Below are positions 29,549 through 39,090 of a DNA stretch of 40,000 bases, one piece after another. The notes below the pieces were generated by a model that was given only the letters and a program-made list of their open reading frames with translations, searched no databases and had not been told where the DNA came from. Source of the stretch: an uncultured Actinomycetota bacterium (GTDB lineage: Bacteria > Actinomycetota > Actinomycetes > Actinomycetales > Kineosporiaceae); NCBI GenBank assembly GCA_963778845.1, contig CAVZVW010000009.1, positions 1,702,206 to 1,742,205 of the forward strand. Direction: 5' to 3'. Position numbers and translations under genes: made by a program. The number at the start of each line of letters is the position of its first letter. Within the stretch, counting starts at the first letter, position 1.

Positions 29549-30414
29549 CGGTCACCGCCGCGCCGGGCTGCCGCGACAGCAGCGGCGACGCGCACCGCGT
29601 GGGCCGATGCGCGGACCTCGTGCACGCGCACCCCCCACGCGCCCGCGGCGGCGGCGAGTGCCGAGACGGCGGCGGTTGCGTCGTCGCGCTCCTCCATGGG
29701 CACGGGCACCCCGTCGGGGCCGGCCAGCAGCTTCCCGAGGAAGCGCTTCCTCGCGGCTCCGACGAGAACCGGGCGGCCGAGCCCCACGAGTGCGTCGAGG
29801 CGGGCGAGCAGCGCCCAGTTGTGCTCTCCGGTCTTCGCGAAGCCGAGACCGGGGTCGAGAACCACCTGTCGTGGGTCGACCCCCGCCGACACGAGCGCGT
29901 CCAGCCGGGCGGACAGCTCGGCACTCACGTCGGCGACCACGTCGCCGTACACCGCCATCGACTGCATGACCGTGCTGGGGCCACGCCAGTGCATGACCAC
30001 CATCGGCACCTGAGCGTCGGCGACCAAGGACGCCATGTGCGGGTCGGCCAACCCGCCGCTGACGTCGTTGACGAACGTGGCGCCCGCCGCCAGCGCGGCG
30101 TCGGCCACTTCGGCCCGCATCGTGTCGATGCTCACGACGGCGCCCGCCGTGGAGAGCGCACGGACGACAGGGAGCACACGCCGCAGCTCCTCCTCGGGAG
30201 GGATCCGCTCCGCCCCCGGTCGGGTCGACTCCCCCCCGACGTCGAGGACGTCGGCTCCCTCGGCGAGGAGCGCGAGACCGCGGTCGACGGCGGCGCTCGG
30301 AGCGAACCACAGGCCGCCGTCGCTGAACGAGTCCGGGGTGACGTTGACCACGCCCATGACGAGACACCGCCCCGCGGCGGCCAGGTGCGCCGGTAGCCCG
30401 AGGACGTCGCTCAC
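29545..30414 (-). CDS. folP: Dihydropteroate synthase
   Basis: VMGVVNVTPDSFSDGG, DVGGESTRPGA, SIDT, NDVSGG, DPGLGFAKT, GAARKRFLG. Confidence 0.92.
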   Translation of the reverse strand: MSDVLGLPAHLAAAGRCLVMGVVNVTPDSFSDGGLWFAPSAAVDRGLALLAEGADVLDVGGESTRPGAERIPPEEELRRVLPVVRALSTAGAVVSIDTMRAEVADAALAAGATFVNDVSGGLADPHMASLVADAQVPMVVMHWRGPSTVMQSMAVYGDVVADVSAELSARLDALVSAGVDPRQVVLDPGLGFAKTGEHNWALLARLDALVGLGRPVLVGAARKRFLGKLLAGPDGVPVPMEERDDATAAVSALAAAAGAWGVRVHEVRASAHAVRVAAAVAAARRGGDR

Positions 30415-30420
30415 ACAGGC

Positions 30421-30426
30421 ACCCTA
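30421..30426 (-). promoter_or_regulatory. Candidate -10 box (TAGGGT) for a leaderless folP-folB-folK mRNA
   Basis: The minus strand reads TAGGGT-gcctgt-GTG. There are exactly 6 nt between the hexamer and the folP start codon, and no SD. Confidence 0.35.
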
Positions 30427-30681
30427 GATCCTGCCGGCGACGGTCGGGCCACCCGGAGCGCACCCGGCGCCCGTCCTCGGACACCCCCGCGAGGAGCACC
30501 CCGGCGAGCCGCCCCACAGCGGGGTCGGCGGTGGGCTCCGCGGGGTCGCTGAAGCGGCCCCATCCACAGCATCGGGCCAGTCGTCCACACGTTGCCCACC
30601 GTGTTCATGTAGTTACCCACACCCTCGTGCACAGATTCCTCCACAAGCCGGGAACCGTTGCAGCGCAAGGAGATCGGGGAC

Positions 30682-30753
30682 GTGCCGACATTCGACAAGA
30701 TCGACGAGATTTCTTGCCGGAACCCCTTGCGCCCACCTCTCAACCAGGAGTAG
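30682..30753 (+). CDS. Possible 23-aa small ORF (VPTFDKIDEISCRNPLRPPLNQE) in the low-GC patch
   Basis: Canonical AAGGAG (30667-30672) lies 9 nt upstream of GTG 30682. Stop TAG at 30751-30753. Codon usage is atypical (aca, att, tct). Too short for the ORF track. Confidence 0.15.
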   Translation: MPTFDKIDEISCRNPLRPPLNQE

Positions 30754-30780
30754 ACATCTCCCCACGCCACCACGAACGGT

Positions 30781-31381
30781 GGTCGAACTCGGAGGAGACT
30801 CCGGGGGATCTGAGGGCCTGGGAGACCAGGCCCGAGGACCTGGATCCGGCAGGCGAGGTCGGTTGCGGGGCAACCCGCACGAGACCGAGCACCGGGACTG
30901 GGGGCTGGCGGAAATGGTGACGATCCGGGGGCGGGGAAGACCGATCCAGGGCTGACTCGCTGGCCTCGCAAGAGGCCAGTGTGAGGCTGCCGCGGGTGAC
31001 GACGCGGAGGGTCGGAGGTAACCGCGCTTGGAAGGTCGCACTGCGTGCAACGACCCGGCTTCGGCCGGGTCGAGGCCCGGATGTGGCAGAGCCCCAGGTC
31101 GGCTTCGGTCGACCGAGGGCGCGCCGCAGGGTCCTCGATGTCGGCTTCGGCTGGCGGAGGGACCGTCGAGATCGTACTGGAGCGGCTCTGGCCGCGAAGG
31201 TCCTCTCGGTACCGGGTCGGGTTCGGCCTCGGCTGGACCGCCGAACGGGCGTCATCCCGAGACGGCCTGCGGAGCCCGACTCCGACGCTCTGCTCCCTCT
31301 GGGGAGCGGTGCAGCAGGGTAGGGCACCAACGGACGGCGACCACCGGCAAGGCCCCTCGAACTCATACTTCGAGGGGCCTT
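30781..31381 (+). ncRNA. Candidate large structured RNA of unknown class (5' boundary uncertain)
   Basis: GNRA-capped perfect stems at 30814-30833 (GAGA, 8 bp), 30864-30879 (GCAA, 6 bp) and 30960-30979 (GCAA, 8 bp). C(UUCG)G hairpins at 31053-31070, 31098-31113 and 31140-31155. Further stems at 30990-31007 and 31292-31307. The block ends at a terminator-like stem. No protein-like ORF in any frame. Confidence 0.4.
31349..31381 (+). terminator. Intrinsic-terminator-like hairpin (13-bp stem, 7-nt loop)
   Basis: AAGGCCCCTCGAA-ctcatac-TTCGAGGGGCCTT, followed by GTCGTATGTCT on the plus strand. The minus-strand tail has no T run. Confidence 0.5.
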
Positions 31382-31689
31382 GTCGTATGTCTAGCGTGCC
31401 AGAGCCGTTCCGTTCGGCAGCGACACGCGGCTGCATTGACAACGAAACTGTCGACGGCACTGGTGTCGGGGACGACCTTGACGGTGAGGTCCGACCACAC
31501 GTGTCGTGGAGATGCCGGCCGCACCGCTGACGGTCTCGGTCGTCGTCACCACGACGTTGGCCCCGGCCCGCCGTCGACTCGGCGCGGCCCTCGCACCGGC
31601 CCCCTGAACCCCAGAGCGGCCGGCCCTGCTGGTCCCGCCGACCCGACGCGCCGGGGCAGACAAGGACCGAAACGATTTGGCACACTTCC

Positions 31690-33546
31690 GTGATGACGAG
31701 GAGGCCGCAACTGCGGGCGGGCCGGGGAGTGCACGTCCCGTTGCTGGAGTGGCTTCCCGGCTATGAGTGGCGGGACCTGCGCCACGACGCCATGGCCGGC
31801 GCCGCGGTCGCAGCCCTGGCAGTGCCGCAGTCCCTCGGATATGCAGCAGTAGCAGGTGTGCCTGTCCAGGTCGGCCTCTACACGTTGCCGCCCGCCTTCC
31901 TCGCCTACGCAGTGATGGGCAGCTCTCGCCGCCTGGTCGTGGGGCCCGTGTCCACCATCGCCGTGCTCTCGGGCAGCATCGTGGCGGGCATGGCCGGCGG
32001 CGACCCCCAACGCGCGCAGTCACTCACGGCGGCTCTCGCCGTCGTCGCGGGGATCGCGTTGGTGCTGTTGGGCACCCTGCGGGTCGGCTGGGTCGCGGAG
32101 TTCCTCTCAGCCCCCATCGTCACCGGCTTCGTGACGGGCCTCGTGGTCCTCGTGATCCTCGGCGAGCTGCCCGCCCTGCTGGGTCTACCCGTGCCCGAGG
32201 GCTCGACGGTGGACCGTGTGTGGGCACTGGCCTCCGAGGCTAACCAGGTGCACGCCGCCACGATCCTGCTGAGCGCCCTCTCGCTGACGATCCTGCTCGC
32301 AGGACGGCGCTGGGCGCGGTCCGTCCCCTGGAGCCTGCTGGTGCTGATCGGCGGGATCGCGGCGTCACGGCTGCTGGGCATGGAGGAGCACGGGATAGCG
32401 GTGGTCGGCTATGTGCCGACCGGGCTGCCATTGCCGCGACTTCCCGCCGTGAGCGTCCGGGACCTGTCCGGAGTCGTGACGGGCGGGCTCGCGATCGCGA
32501 TGGTGGGCCTGGCCGAAGGCCTCGCCGCAGCGCGGCTCTTCGGTGCCCGGCACCACGAACGCGTCGACGCCGACCAAGAGCTCGTGGCCAACGGGGTCGC
32601 CGATCTTGCGACAGGGCTCGTCGGCGGCATGCCGGTGGCAGGCAGCCTGTCCAAGACCGCTGTGGCGGACAGGGCCGGCAGCCGCACCCAGGTGTGCGGC
32701 CTCGTGGCCGCCTGGCTGTGTCTGGCTGTCCTGGTGGCGCTGGCCGGCCTGGTCGCCGACCTTCCCCGCGCCGTCCTCTCCTCCATCGTCGTGGCCGCGG
32801 TGATCGGCCTGATCGACGTCCAGGCCTTCCTGCGCTACCGCGCCGTTCGCCGCAACGACCTGATCTCCGCCTTGGTGGCACTACTGGGCGTTCTGCTGCT
32901 CGGGCCGCTCAACGGGCTCCTGCTCGCGATCGGCCAGTCGCTGCTCGGGCTGGTCTACCGCTCCGTTCAGGTGAACGTGGACCCGATGGGCAAGGTCCCC
33001 GACGAGAAGGCCGCCTGGGGGTCGGTGGTCGGGCACCCGGAGCGGCGCACGCCACCCGACGTTCTCGTGGTGCGCCTGGACGGTCCACTGTTCTGGCCCA
33101 ACGCGGAGAGCGTCCACGACCGGGTCCTGCGGACGGTGGCCGCGCACCCGGAGGCCAAGGCTCTCGTGCTCGACCTCGAGGCCACCGGCCAGCTCGACAC
33201 CACCAGCGCCGACGTGCTGGTGCGCCTGCTCACCACGCTGCGCGACCAGGGAGTGGACCTCTACCTCGTGCGGGTGTTCGCCTCCGCACGCGGGGTGCTC
33301 CTGCGCTGCGGCCTGATGGACCGGCTGGGCGAGGACCATCTCTGGCACTCGATCTCAGCGGGGGTCAAGGCCGCACGGCGTGGACCTGCCCTCGTGCCCG
33401 CCGGCGGCTCGGACGTCGAGGCAGGCGTGGCTACCGCAGACGACTCCGGCGCCGAGCTCATCGCGGCCGAGACCCTCGAGGACGACGACGACCCCGACAT
33501 CGACGAGAAGGAGCGGATCGCCGTCCGGCACAACGGTGAGCGCTGA
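31690..33546 (+). CDS. SulP-family anion transporter with a C-terminal STAS domain
   Basis: ...DAMAGAAVAALAVPQSLGYAAVAGVP.QVGLYT... with about 10-12 TM helices, then a STAS-like tail (VLVVRLDGPLFWPNAESV...LDLEATGQLDTTSADVL). Start GTG 31690 or ATG 31693. Confidence 0.88.
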   Translation: MMTRRPQLRAGRGVHVPLLEWLPGYEWRDLRHDAMAGAAVAALAVPQSLGYAAVAGVPVQVGLYTLPPAFLAYAVMGSSRRLVVGPVSTIAVLSGSIVAGMAGGDPQRAQSLTAALAVVAGIALVLLGTLRVGWVAEFLSAPIVTGFVTGLVVLVILGELPALLGLPVPEGSTVDRVWALASEANQVHAATILLSALSLTILLAGRRWARSVPWSLLVLIGGIAASRLLGMEEHGIAVVGYVPTGLPLPRLPAVSVRDLSGVVTGGLAIAMVGLAEGLAAARLFGARHHERVDADQELVANGVADLATGLVGGMPVAGSLSKTAVADRAGSRTQVCGLVAAWLCLAVLVALAGLVADLPRAVLSSIVVAAVIGLIDVQAFLRYRAVRRNDLISALVALLGVLLLGPLNGLLLAIGQSLLGLVYRSVQVNVDPMGKVPDEKAAWGSVVGHPERRTPPDVLVVRLDGPLFWPNAESVHDRVLRTVAAHPEAKALVLDLEATGQLDTTSADVLVRLLTTLRDQGVDLYLVRVFASARGVLLRCGLMDRLGEDHLWHSISAGVKAARRGPALVPAGGSDVEAGVATADDSGAELIAAETLEDDDDPDIDEKERIAVRHNGER

Positions 33547-33564
33547 GCCGCACGCGGGGTTGCC

Positions 33565-34326
33565 TCAGGCGCGGCCGAGGATCAGGCTCATGGCCTCGGC
33601 GCGGGTGGCTGCATCGCGCAGCTGCCCTCGCACGGCCGAGGTGACCGTGCGCGACCCCGGCTTGCGCACCCCGCGCATCGTCATGCACATGTGCTCGCAC
33701 TCGATCACGACGATGACGCCACGCGGCTGCAGGATCGCCACGAGGGCGTCGGCCACCTGGCTCGTGAGCCGTTCCTGCACCTGGGGGCGCCGCGCGTAGA
33801 CGTCGACCAGCCTGGCCAGCTTGCTCAGGCCGGTGATGCGGCCGTCGGAGGCCGGGACGTAGCCGACGTGGGCGACGCCGTGGAAGGGCACGAGGTGGTG
33901 CTCGCAGCAGGAGAAGACCTCGATGTCCTTGACCAGCACCAGCTCGTCGTGCCCGAGGTCGAAGGTGGTCGTCAGCACGTCCTGCGGCTCCTGCCACAGG
34001 CCGGCGAACATCTCCGCGTAGGCACGTGCCACCCGCTGCGGGGTGCTGCGCAGGCCGTCGCGCTCGGGGTTCTCACCGATCGCCAGCAGGATCTCGCGAA
34101 CGGCGGCCTCGACGCGCCCCGCGTCGTAGGGCTGCCTTCGTGACGGCCCCGCCTCGACGGCCTCGCTCAGCGCAGCTCTCCCGTCGTGCCTGCCGGAGCC
34201 GTGCCGGCGGCCGGGGACGTCGCGTGCTCGGATGCGCCGTTGGACCCGCCGTTGAGCGCAGTGCGCTCGGCCGGGGTCAGAACCGGTGGGAGGTCGGAGA
34301 CCACGCGGCGGGCGCTGGACAACCAC
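33565..34326 (-). CDS. folE: GTP cyclohydrolase I
   Basis: [77 protein letters not shown]. The only canonical start is GTG 34326, which overlaps the ftsH 3' end by 160 nt. A homologue-like length of 201 aa would need CTG 34170. Confidence 0.85.
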   Translation of the reverse strand: MVVQRPPRGLRPPTGSDPGRAHCAQRRVQRRIRARDVPGRRHGSGRHDGRAALSEAVEAGPSRRQPYDAGRVEAAVREILLAIGENPERDGLRSTPQRVARAYAEMFAGLWQEPQDVLTTTFDLGHDELVLVKDIEVFSCCEHHLVPFHGVAHVGYVPASDGRITGLSKLARLVDVYARRPQVQERLTSQVADALVAILQPRGVIVVIECEHMCMTMRGVRKPGSRTVTSAVRGQLRDAATRAEAMSLILGRA

Positions 34327-36170
34327 ACCGGGCGTTCGGGACGCTTCACCACGGGCGCGAAGATCTTGGCGAGGTCGTCCTTGGCCAGCGTCTCGCGCTC
34401 GAGCAGCGCCAGCACGAGGCCGTCGAGGATGTCCCGGTTCTCCACGAGGATCTCCCAGGCCTCGTCGTGGGCGGCGTCGATCAGTCGACGGACCTCCTCG
34501 TCGACGACGCTGGCGACCTCTTCGGAGTAGTCGCGCTGGTGGCCGTAGTCACGCCCGAGGAAGACCTCGCCCTGGCTCTGACCGAGCTTGATGGCACCGA
34601 CCCGCTCCGACATGCCGAACTGGGTGACCATGCGACGTGCCAGCGTCGTGGCCTTCTCGATGTCGTTGCTCGCGCCGGTCGTGGGGTCGTGGAAGACCAG
34701 CTCCTCGGCCACCCGCCCGCCGAGGGCGAAGGCGAGCTGGTCGAGGATCTCGTTGCGCGTCGTGGAGTACTTGTCGTCGGTCGGCAGCACCATCGTGTAG
34801 CCCAGCGCCCGGCCACGCGGCAGGATCGTGACCTTGGTGACGGGCTCGGTGTGCCGCAACGCCGAGGCCACGAGGGCGTGCCCGCCCTCGTGGTAGGCGG
34901 TGATCTTCTTCTCCTTGTCGTTCATGATGCGCGTGCGCTTCTGCGGCCCGGCCACGACGCGGTCGATGGCCTCGTCGAGGGCGTGGTCGTCGATGAGGCG
35001 GGCGCCCGCTCGTGCCGTCAGCAGCGCCGCCTCGTTCAGCACGTTGGCCAGGTCGGCACCCGTGAAGCCGGGGGTGCGCCGGGCGACGGCCTTGAGGTCG
35101 ACGGCGGGAGCCATGGGCTTGCCCTTGGCGTGCACCTGAAGGATCTCGTGGCGCCCCCGCATGTCCGGCGGCTCCACCGCGATCTGCCTGTCGAAGCGGC
35201 CAGGACGCAGGAGGGCGGGGTCGAGGATGTCCGGACGGTTCGTCGCAGCGATCAGGATCACGTTGGTCTTGACGTCGAAGCCGTCCATCTCGACCAGCAG
35301 CTGGTTCAGCGTCTGCTCGCGCTCGTCGTGACCACCGCCCAGCCCGGCGCCACGGTGCCGGCCGACCGCGTCGATCTCGTCCACGAACACGATCGCCGGC
35401 GCGTTCGCCTTCGCCTGGTCGAACAGGTCGCGCACCCGGCTGGCGCCGACGCCCACGAACATCTCGACGAAGTCCGAGCCGGAGATCGAGTAGAAGGGGA
35501 CTGCAGCCTCCCCGGCCACCGCACGCGCCAGGAGCGTCTTGCCCGTGCCAGGAGGCCCGTAGAGCAGCACACCCTTGGGGATCTTGGCGCCGACCGCCTG
35601 GAACTTCGCCGGCTCGGCGAGGAACTCCTTGATCTCCTGGAGCTCCTCCACCGCCTCGTCCGCCCCCGCGACGTCGGAGAACGTGACCTTGGGCATGTCC
35701 TTGTTGACCAGCTTCGCCCGCGACTTGCCGAAGTTCATGACGCGCGACCCCCCGCCCTGCATCTGGCTCATGAGGAACCAGAAGAGGCCGAGGATCAGCA
35801 GCAGCGGCAGCACGGTGATCAACAGGCTGGAGATCCAGGACGACGTGGCAACGGAGTCGTCGAAGCCCTGGTCCGGCGGGTGGGCCTTGAGCAGGTCGAC
35901 GATCTGGACTCCGCGCGGCTCGACGTAGTACGCCATCACCCGGTTCGCGCCGTCGACGGTCTCGCCCTGCTTCAGCGTCAGCTCCAGGCGCTGGTCGCGG
36001 TCGATGATCGTGGCGCTGGCGACCTTGTCCTTCTGGATCAGGTCGAGGGCCTGCGAGGTGTCGATCTTGCTGTACCGGTTCGTGTTGAACAGGCTGGCGC
36101 CCACGAACACCACGGTCAGGGCCACGATCACCCACACCACGGGTCCGCGGAGGAGTCGCTTGATGTCCAT
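34167..36170 (-). CDS. ftsH: ATP-dependent zinc metalloprotease FtsH
   Basis: ATG at 36170 ([18 protein letters not shown]...). Walker [26 protein letters not shown], Zn site HEGGHAL. Low-complexity C-terminal tail. Confidence 0.93.
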   Translation of the reverse strand: MDIKRLLRGPVVWVIVALTVVFVGASLFNTNRYSKIDTSQALDLIQKDKVASATIIDRDQRLELTLKQGETVDGANRVMAYYVEPRGVQIVDLLKAHPPDQGFDDSVATSSWISSLLITVLPLLLILGLFWFLMSQMQGGGSRVMNFGKSRAKLVNKDMPKVTFSDVAGADEAVEELQEIKEFLAEPAKFQAVGAKIPKGVLLYGPPGTGKTLLARAVAGEAAVPFYSISGSDFVEMFVGVGASRVRDLFDQAKANAPAIVFVDEIDAVGRHRGAGLGGGHDEREQTLNQLLVEMDGFDVKTNVILIAATNRPDILDPALLRPGRFDRQIAVEPPDMRGRHEILQVHAKGKPMAPAVDLKAVARRTPGFTGADLANVLNEAALLTARAGARLIDDHALDEAIDRVVAGPQKRTRIMNDKEKKITAYHEGGHALVASALRHTEPVTKVTILPRGRALGYTMVLPTDDKYSTTRNEILDQLAFALGGRVAEELVFHDPTTGASNDIEKATTLARRMVTQFGMSERVGAIKLGQSQGEVFLGRDYGHQRDYSEEVASVVDEEVRRLIDAAHDEAWEILVENRDILDGLVLALLERETLAKDDLAKIFAPVVKRPERPVWLSSARRVVSDLPPVLTPAERTALNGGSNGASEHATSPAAGTAPAGTTGELR

Positions 36171-36362
36171 CACCCCGGGCTGACGCCCGTCCTTCCTGAT
36201 CGTCGACACCTGTATCGAAGGTACACCGCCAGGCGTGGGGTGGGGCGCGCCCCGACACCGCACCGACGCGCTGCCGGACACCGTCGTTGACCTGAACGGC
36301 TCGCCCGCCCGCGGTGTTCCACACCCACCTCGCCGTGCTCAGCAGGAGCCCGGGCCGGTCCC

Positions 36363-36902
36363 TCAGGGCGAGTACACGTGGGGGGACAGGGTGGCCACGA
36401 CCCGGAGGTTGCGGAACCGCTCGGCGAAGTCCAGGCCGTAGCCGACGACGAACTCGTTGGGGATGTCGAAGCCGACGTAGCGCAGCGGCACCTGGACCTT
36501 GGCTGCGTCCGGCTTGCGCAGGAGCGTGCACACCTCGACGGAGGCCGGTCCGCGGGAGCCGAGGTTCGCCAGCAGCCAGGAGAGGGTGAGCCCGGAGTCG
36601 ACGATGTCCTCCACCACGAGCACGTGACGCCCGGTGATGTCGGCGTCAAGGTCCTTGAGGATGCGCACCACGCCGGAGGACTTGGTACCCGAGCCGTACG
36701 ACGAGACGGCCATCCAGTCGGTGTGCACCCGACCCCGCAGCGCCCTCATGAGATCGGCCATGACCATCACCGCGCCCTTGAGCACACCCACGAGCAGGAG
36801 GTCCCGCCCCGCGTAGTCGGCGTCGATCTCGCCGGCGAGCTCGGCCAGCCGGGTGAGGATCTGCTCCTCGGTCAGAAGCACGCGCTCGACATCCGCACCC
36901 AT
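36363..36902 (-). CDS. hpt: Hypoxanthine phosphoribosyltransferase
   Basis: ...[16 protein letters not shown]..., [23 protein letters not shown] motif [30 protein letters not shown]. An alternative start is GTG 36917. Confidence 0.9.
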   Translation of the reverse strand: MGADVERVLLTEEQILTRLAELAGEIDADYAGRDLLLVGVLKGAVMVMADLMRALRGRVHTDWMAVSSYGSGTKSSGVVRILKDLDADITGRHVLVVEDIVDSGLTLSWLLANLGSRGPASVEVCTLLRKPDAAKVQVPLRYVGFDIPNEFVVGYGLDFAERFRNLRVVATLSPHVYSP

Positions 36903-36918
36903 GTCGCTGGCGTCCACG

Positions 36919-37947
36919 TCACTCCCGGGTCGGCTCAGTGGGGGTGGCCTCGAGCACCAGCCTCCCATAGTCGCGACGGGCCAGGACTCCGCCCGGCAGA
37001 TGTGTCGGCCCCTGCCCGTGCCACGCCACGACGAAGGCGTCGACGGCCAGCACGTGGCGGCGACCCAGCGCGCCCGCCGGGCACCCGGCTTGCCGCAGCA
37101 GCATCAGCAGCGCCCGACGTCGCACGGCATCCGGCGCGGCCGCGAGGCCGCCCACCGGGTAGCTGCTCGGCTGGAGGGGCAGCCCGTCCGATGCGCGCGC
37201 GACGGTGAGCTGGTCGACCAGCTCGGACGCCGCGGCGTCCAGGGCGTCGGCGTCCTCCCTCAGCAGGTCGGCGGTTCGGGCAAGCCCGGCGACCAGCCCT
37301 GGCCCGAGGGCGTCCCCCAGCGTCGCGACGACGGCGCGCAGGCGTGCTCGTGCGTACGCCGCGTCGGTGTTCGCCGGGTCGTCCCAGACGGCCACGCCCA
37401 GGCGCTCGCAGGCCCGGCGGGTCGTCGTCCTCGACACCCCCAGCAATGGGCGGCGCAGGCGCCCGCGCACCTGCGGCATCCCCGCGAGCGAGCGGGCTCC
37501 GGACCCGCGCGCCAGACCGAGCAGCACCGTCTCGGCCTGGTCGTCGAGGGTGTGACCGAGCAGCACGGTGGCGCCGAGCGGCCGCGCGACCGACTCGATG
37601 GCGGCGTACCGCTGCGCGCGCGCGACGGCCTCGGGACCACCGGTGGCGGACGCGTCCACCGGGCCCGCCACGTCCACAACGCTCACCGGCGCGAGGCCGA
37701 AGGCACGGCACGCCGCGGCCGCCCGGGCTGCGACCGACGCGGAGTCGGGGTGCCAACCGTGGTCCACGACCACCGCCGCGGCCTGCAGCCCCCGCCGCGC
37801 GGCCACGAACGCCGTGGCCTCGGCCAGGGCCAAGGAGTCCGCGCCGCCGCTGCAGGCGGCGAGCAACCAGGCCCCGCGCGGCAGGTCCGCCACGGCGCGC
37901 AGCACCGCGGTGCGCACCTCGGCGACGGCGGGGTCCGGACCTGTCAT
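36919..37947 (-). CDS. tilS: tRNA(Ile)-lysidine synthase
   Basis: PP-loop [12 protein letters not shown]. ...[22 protein letters not shown]...[11 protein letters not shown] at 37947 lies downstream of the neighbouring gene's stop (37994). Confidence 0.85.
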   Translation of the reverse strand: MTGPDPAVAEVRTAVLRAVADLPRGAWLLAACSGGADSLALAEATAFVAARRGLQAAAVVVDHGWHPDSASVAARAAAACRAFGLAPVSVVDVAGPVDASATGGPEAVARAQRYAAIESVARPLGATVLLGHTLDDQAETVLLGLARGSGARSLAGMPQVRGRLRRPLLGVSRTTTRRACERLGVAVWDDPANTDAAYARARLRAVVATLGDALGPGLVAGLARTADLLREDADALDAAASELVDQLTVARASDGLPLQPSSYPVGGLAAAPDAVRRRALLMLLRQAGCPAGALGRRHVLAVDAFVVAWHGQGPTHLPGGVLARRDYGRLVLEATPTEPTRE

Positions 37948-37993
37948 CGCGACCGTGTCATCCGGGGCGCGAGCGTCATCCGGGTCATGAGCC

Positions 37994-39058
37994 TCAGCCG
38001 TGCACCCGGCGGACCCAGGCGGCCGCATCGCCGATCTCGGCCGGCAGCGGAAGGGTGTCCGGCGACGTCCACACCGCGTTGAAGCCGTCGACACCTACCC
38101 GGTCCTCGACCGCGCGGACGAAGCGGGCGCCGTCCGCGTACTGGCGCATCTTCGCATCCAGCCCGAGCAGCCGGCGCAGGATCCGGTCCAGCGCCCCCCG
38201 TCCGGCACGGCGCTGGTTGAAGCGGGCGCGGATGTGGTCCACCGAGGCGACGACGTCGGGCCCCACCCGGTCCATGACCACGTCGGCGTGCCCCTCGAGC
38301 AGCGACATCACCGCCGTCAGGCGGGCCAGGCCCTCGCGCTGCCGTGGGCTCTGGAGCACGTCCAGCAGCCCGCCGTCGCCGTCGCCGCGGACGGCCCCCG
38401 GCAGGTCGCGCAGCACCCGCGTCAGCCGTTGCACCAGCTCCGAGGGGTCGACGAGCAGCTCAGCCACCAGAGCGCGCACCTGGCCGAGCAGGTGCTCGGC
38501 AAGCCACGGCGTGGCACCGAACTGCGCTCGGTGGGTCTCCTCGTGCAGGCAGACCCAGAGCCGGAAGTCCTGCGGGTCGACCTCGAGCTCGACCTCGACG
38601 TGCATCACGTTCGGCGCCACGAGAAGCAGCCGCGGCTCTGGACGCGCGAACGCGTCGTACTGGCCGAGCACCCGGGTGCTCAGCAGCGCCAGCAGGGATC
38701 CGACCTCTGCGCCTGTGAGCCGTGACCCCACCGCGGTGAGCCCTCCGGGCACCCGGGACATGCGGTTCTCGGCGGCGTCTGCCACCACGGGCTCCAGCAG
38801 TGACCGCATGCCCCGGAGGTTGAGCCGGACCCACCCCGCTCGGTCGACCACGAGGGCCGCAGGCCCGGCGGGCGTGCTCAGGCGCGACACCTCGGCGACG
38901 TGGGCGACAGCGCGGGCCGCGCTGCTCCTCAGGTCGGCCACGACTCCCACGACCTCGTCGCCGCTCACCCGGGGGCCGGGCGGCACCAGCAGTCCGGCGG
39001 TGCGCTCGGCGAGCTCCCAGTCCACCAGCTGGTCGACCGCGGTGGCGTTCGTCGTCAT
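37994..39058 (-). CDS. Zinc-dependent metalloprotease (HExxH), the conserved tilS-upstream gene
   Basis: ATG at 39058 (MTTNATAVDQLVDWELAERTAG...). Motif CLHEETHRAQF. Same position as the Rv3626c-type hydrolase. Confidence 0.75.
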   Translation of the reverse strand: MTTNATAVDQLVDWELAERTAGLLVPPGPRVSGDEVVGVVADLRSSAARAVAHVAEVSRLSTPAGPAALVVDRAGWVRLNLRGMRSLLEPVVADAAENRMSRVPGGLTAVGSRLTGAEVGSLLALLSTRVLGQYDAFARPEPRLLLVAPNVMHVEVELEVDPQDFRLWVCLHEETHRAQFGATPWLAEHLLGQVRALVAELLVDPSELVQRLTRVLRDLPGAVRGDGDGGLLDVLQSPRQREGLARLTAVMSLLEGHADVVMDRVGPDVVASVDHIRARFNQRRAGRGALDRILRRLLGLDAKMRQYADGARFVRAVEDRVGVDGFNAVWTSPDTLPLPAEIGDAAAWVRRVHG

Positions 39059-39090
39059 GCCCCCACCGTACGGGGGAACCCGCACGTGGA

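Noticed and set aside
30411-31685. A 424-aa minus-strand ORF spans the whole folP-sulP gap and ends in a GTGA overlap with the folP start codon.
   Set aside because: The composition is nonsense-like (R/P/G/S-rich). Third codon positions have many A/T, unlike the flanking genes. I recognise no domain. The GTGA overlap is probably coincidental.
31385-31689. A possible riboswitch in the sulP leader (guanidine-I/ykkC-like CTAGCGTGCC...ACACGCGG). Also ZTP- or THF-like elements upstream of folP.
   Set aside because: Only short partial matches. The key conserved segments (e.g. GGGA-AAAGCCCGGGAGA for ykkC, CCGCCTGGGC for ZTP) are absent.
30430-31690. Known housekeeping RNAs (RNase P, tmRNA, SRP, 6S, tRNA) as an explanation for the structured gap.
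   Set aside because: I found no GAGGAAAGTCCGGGC-type P4 element, no tmRNA tag or acceptor features, and no GGTTCGA(A/T)TCC T-loop anywhere in the window.
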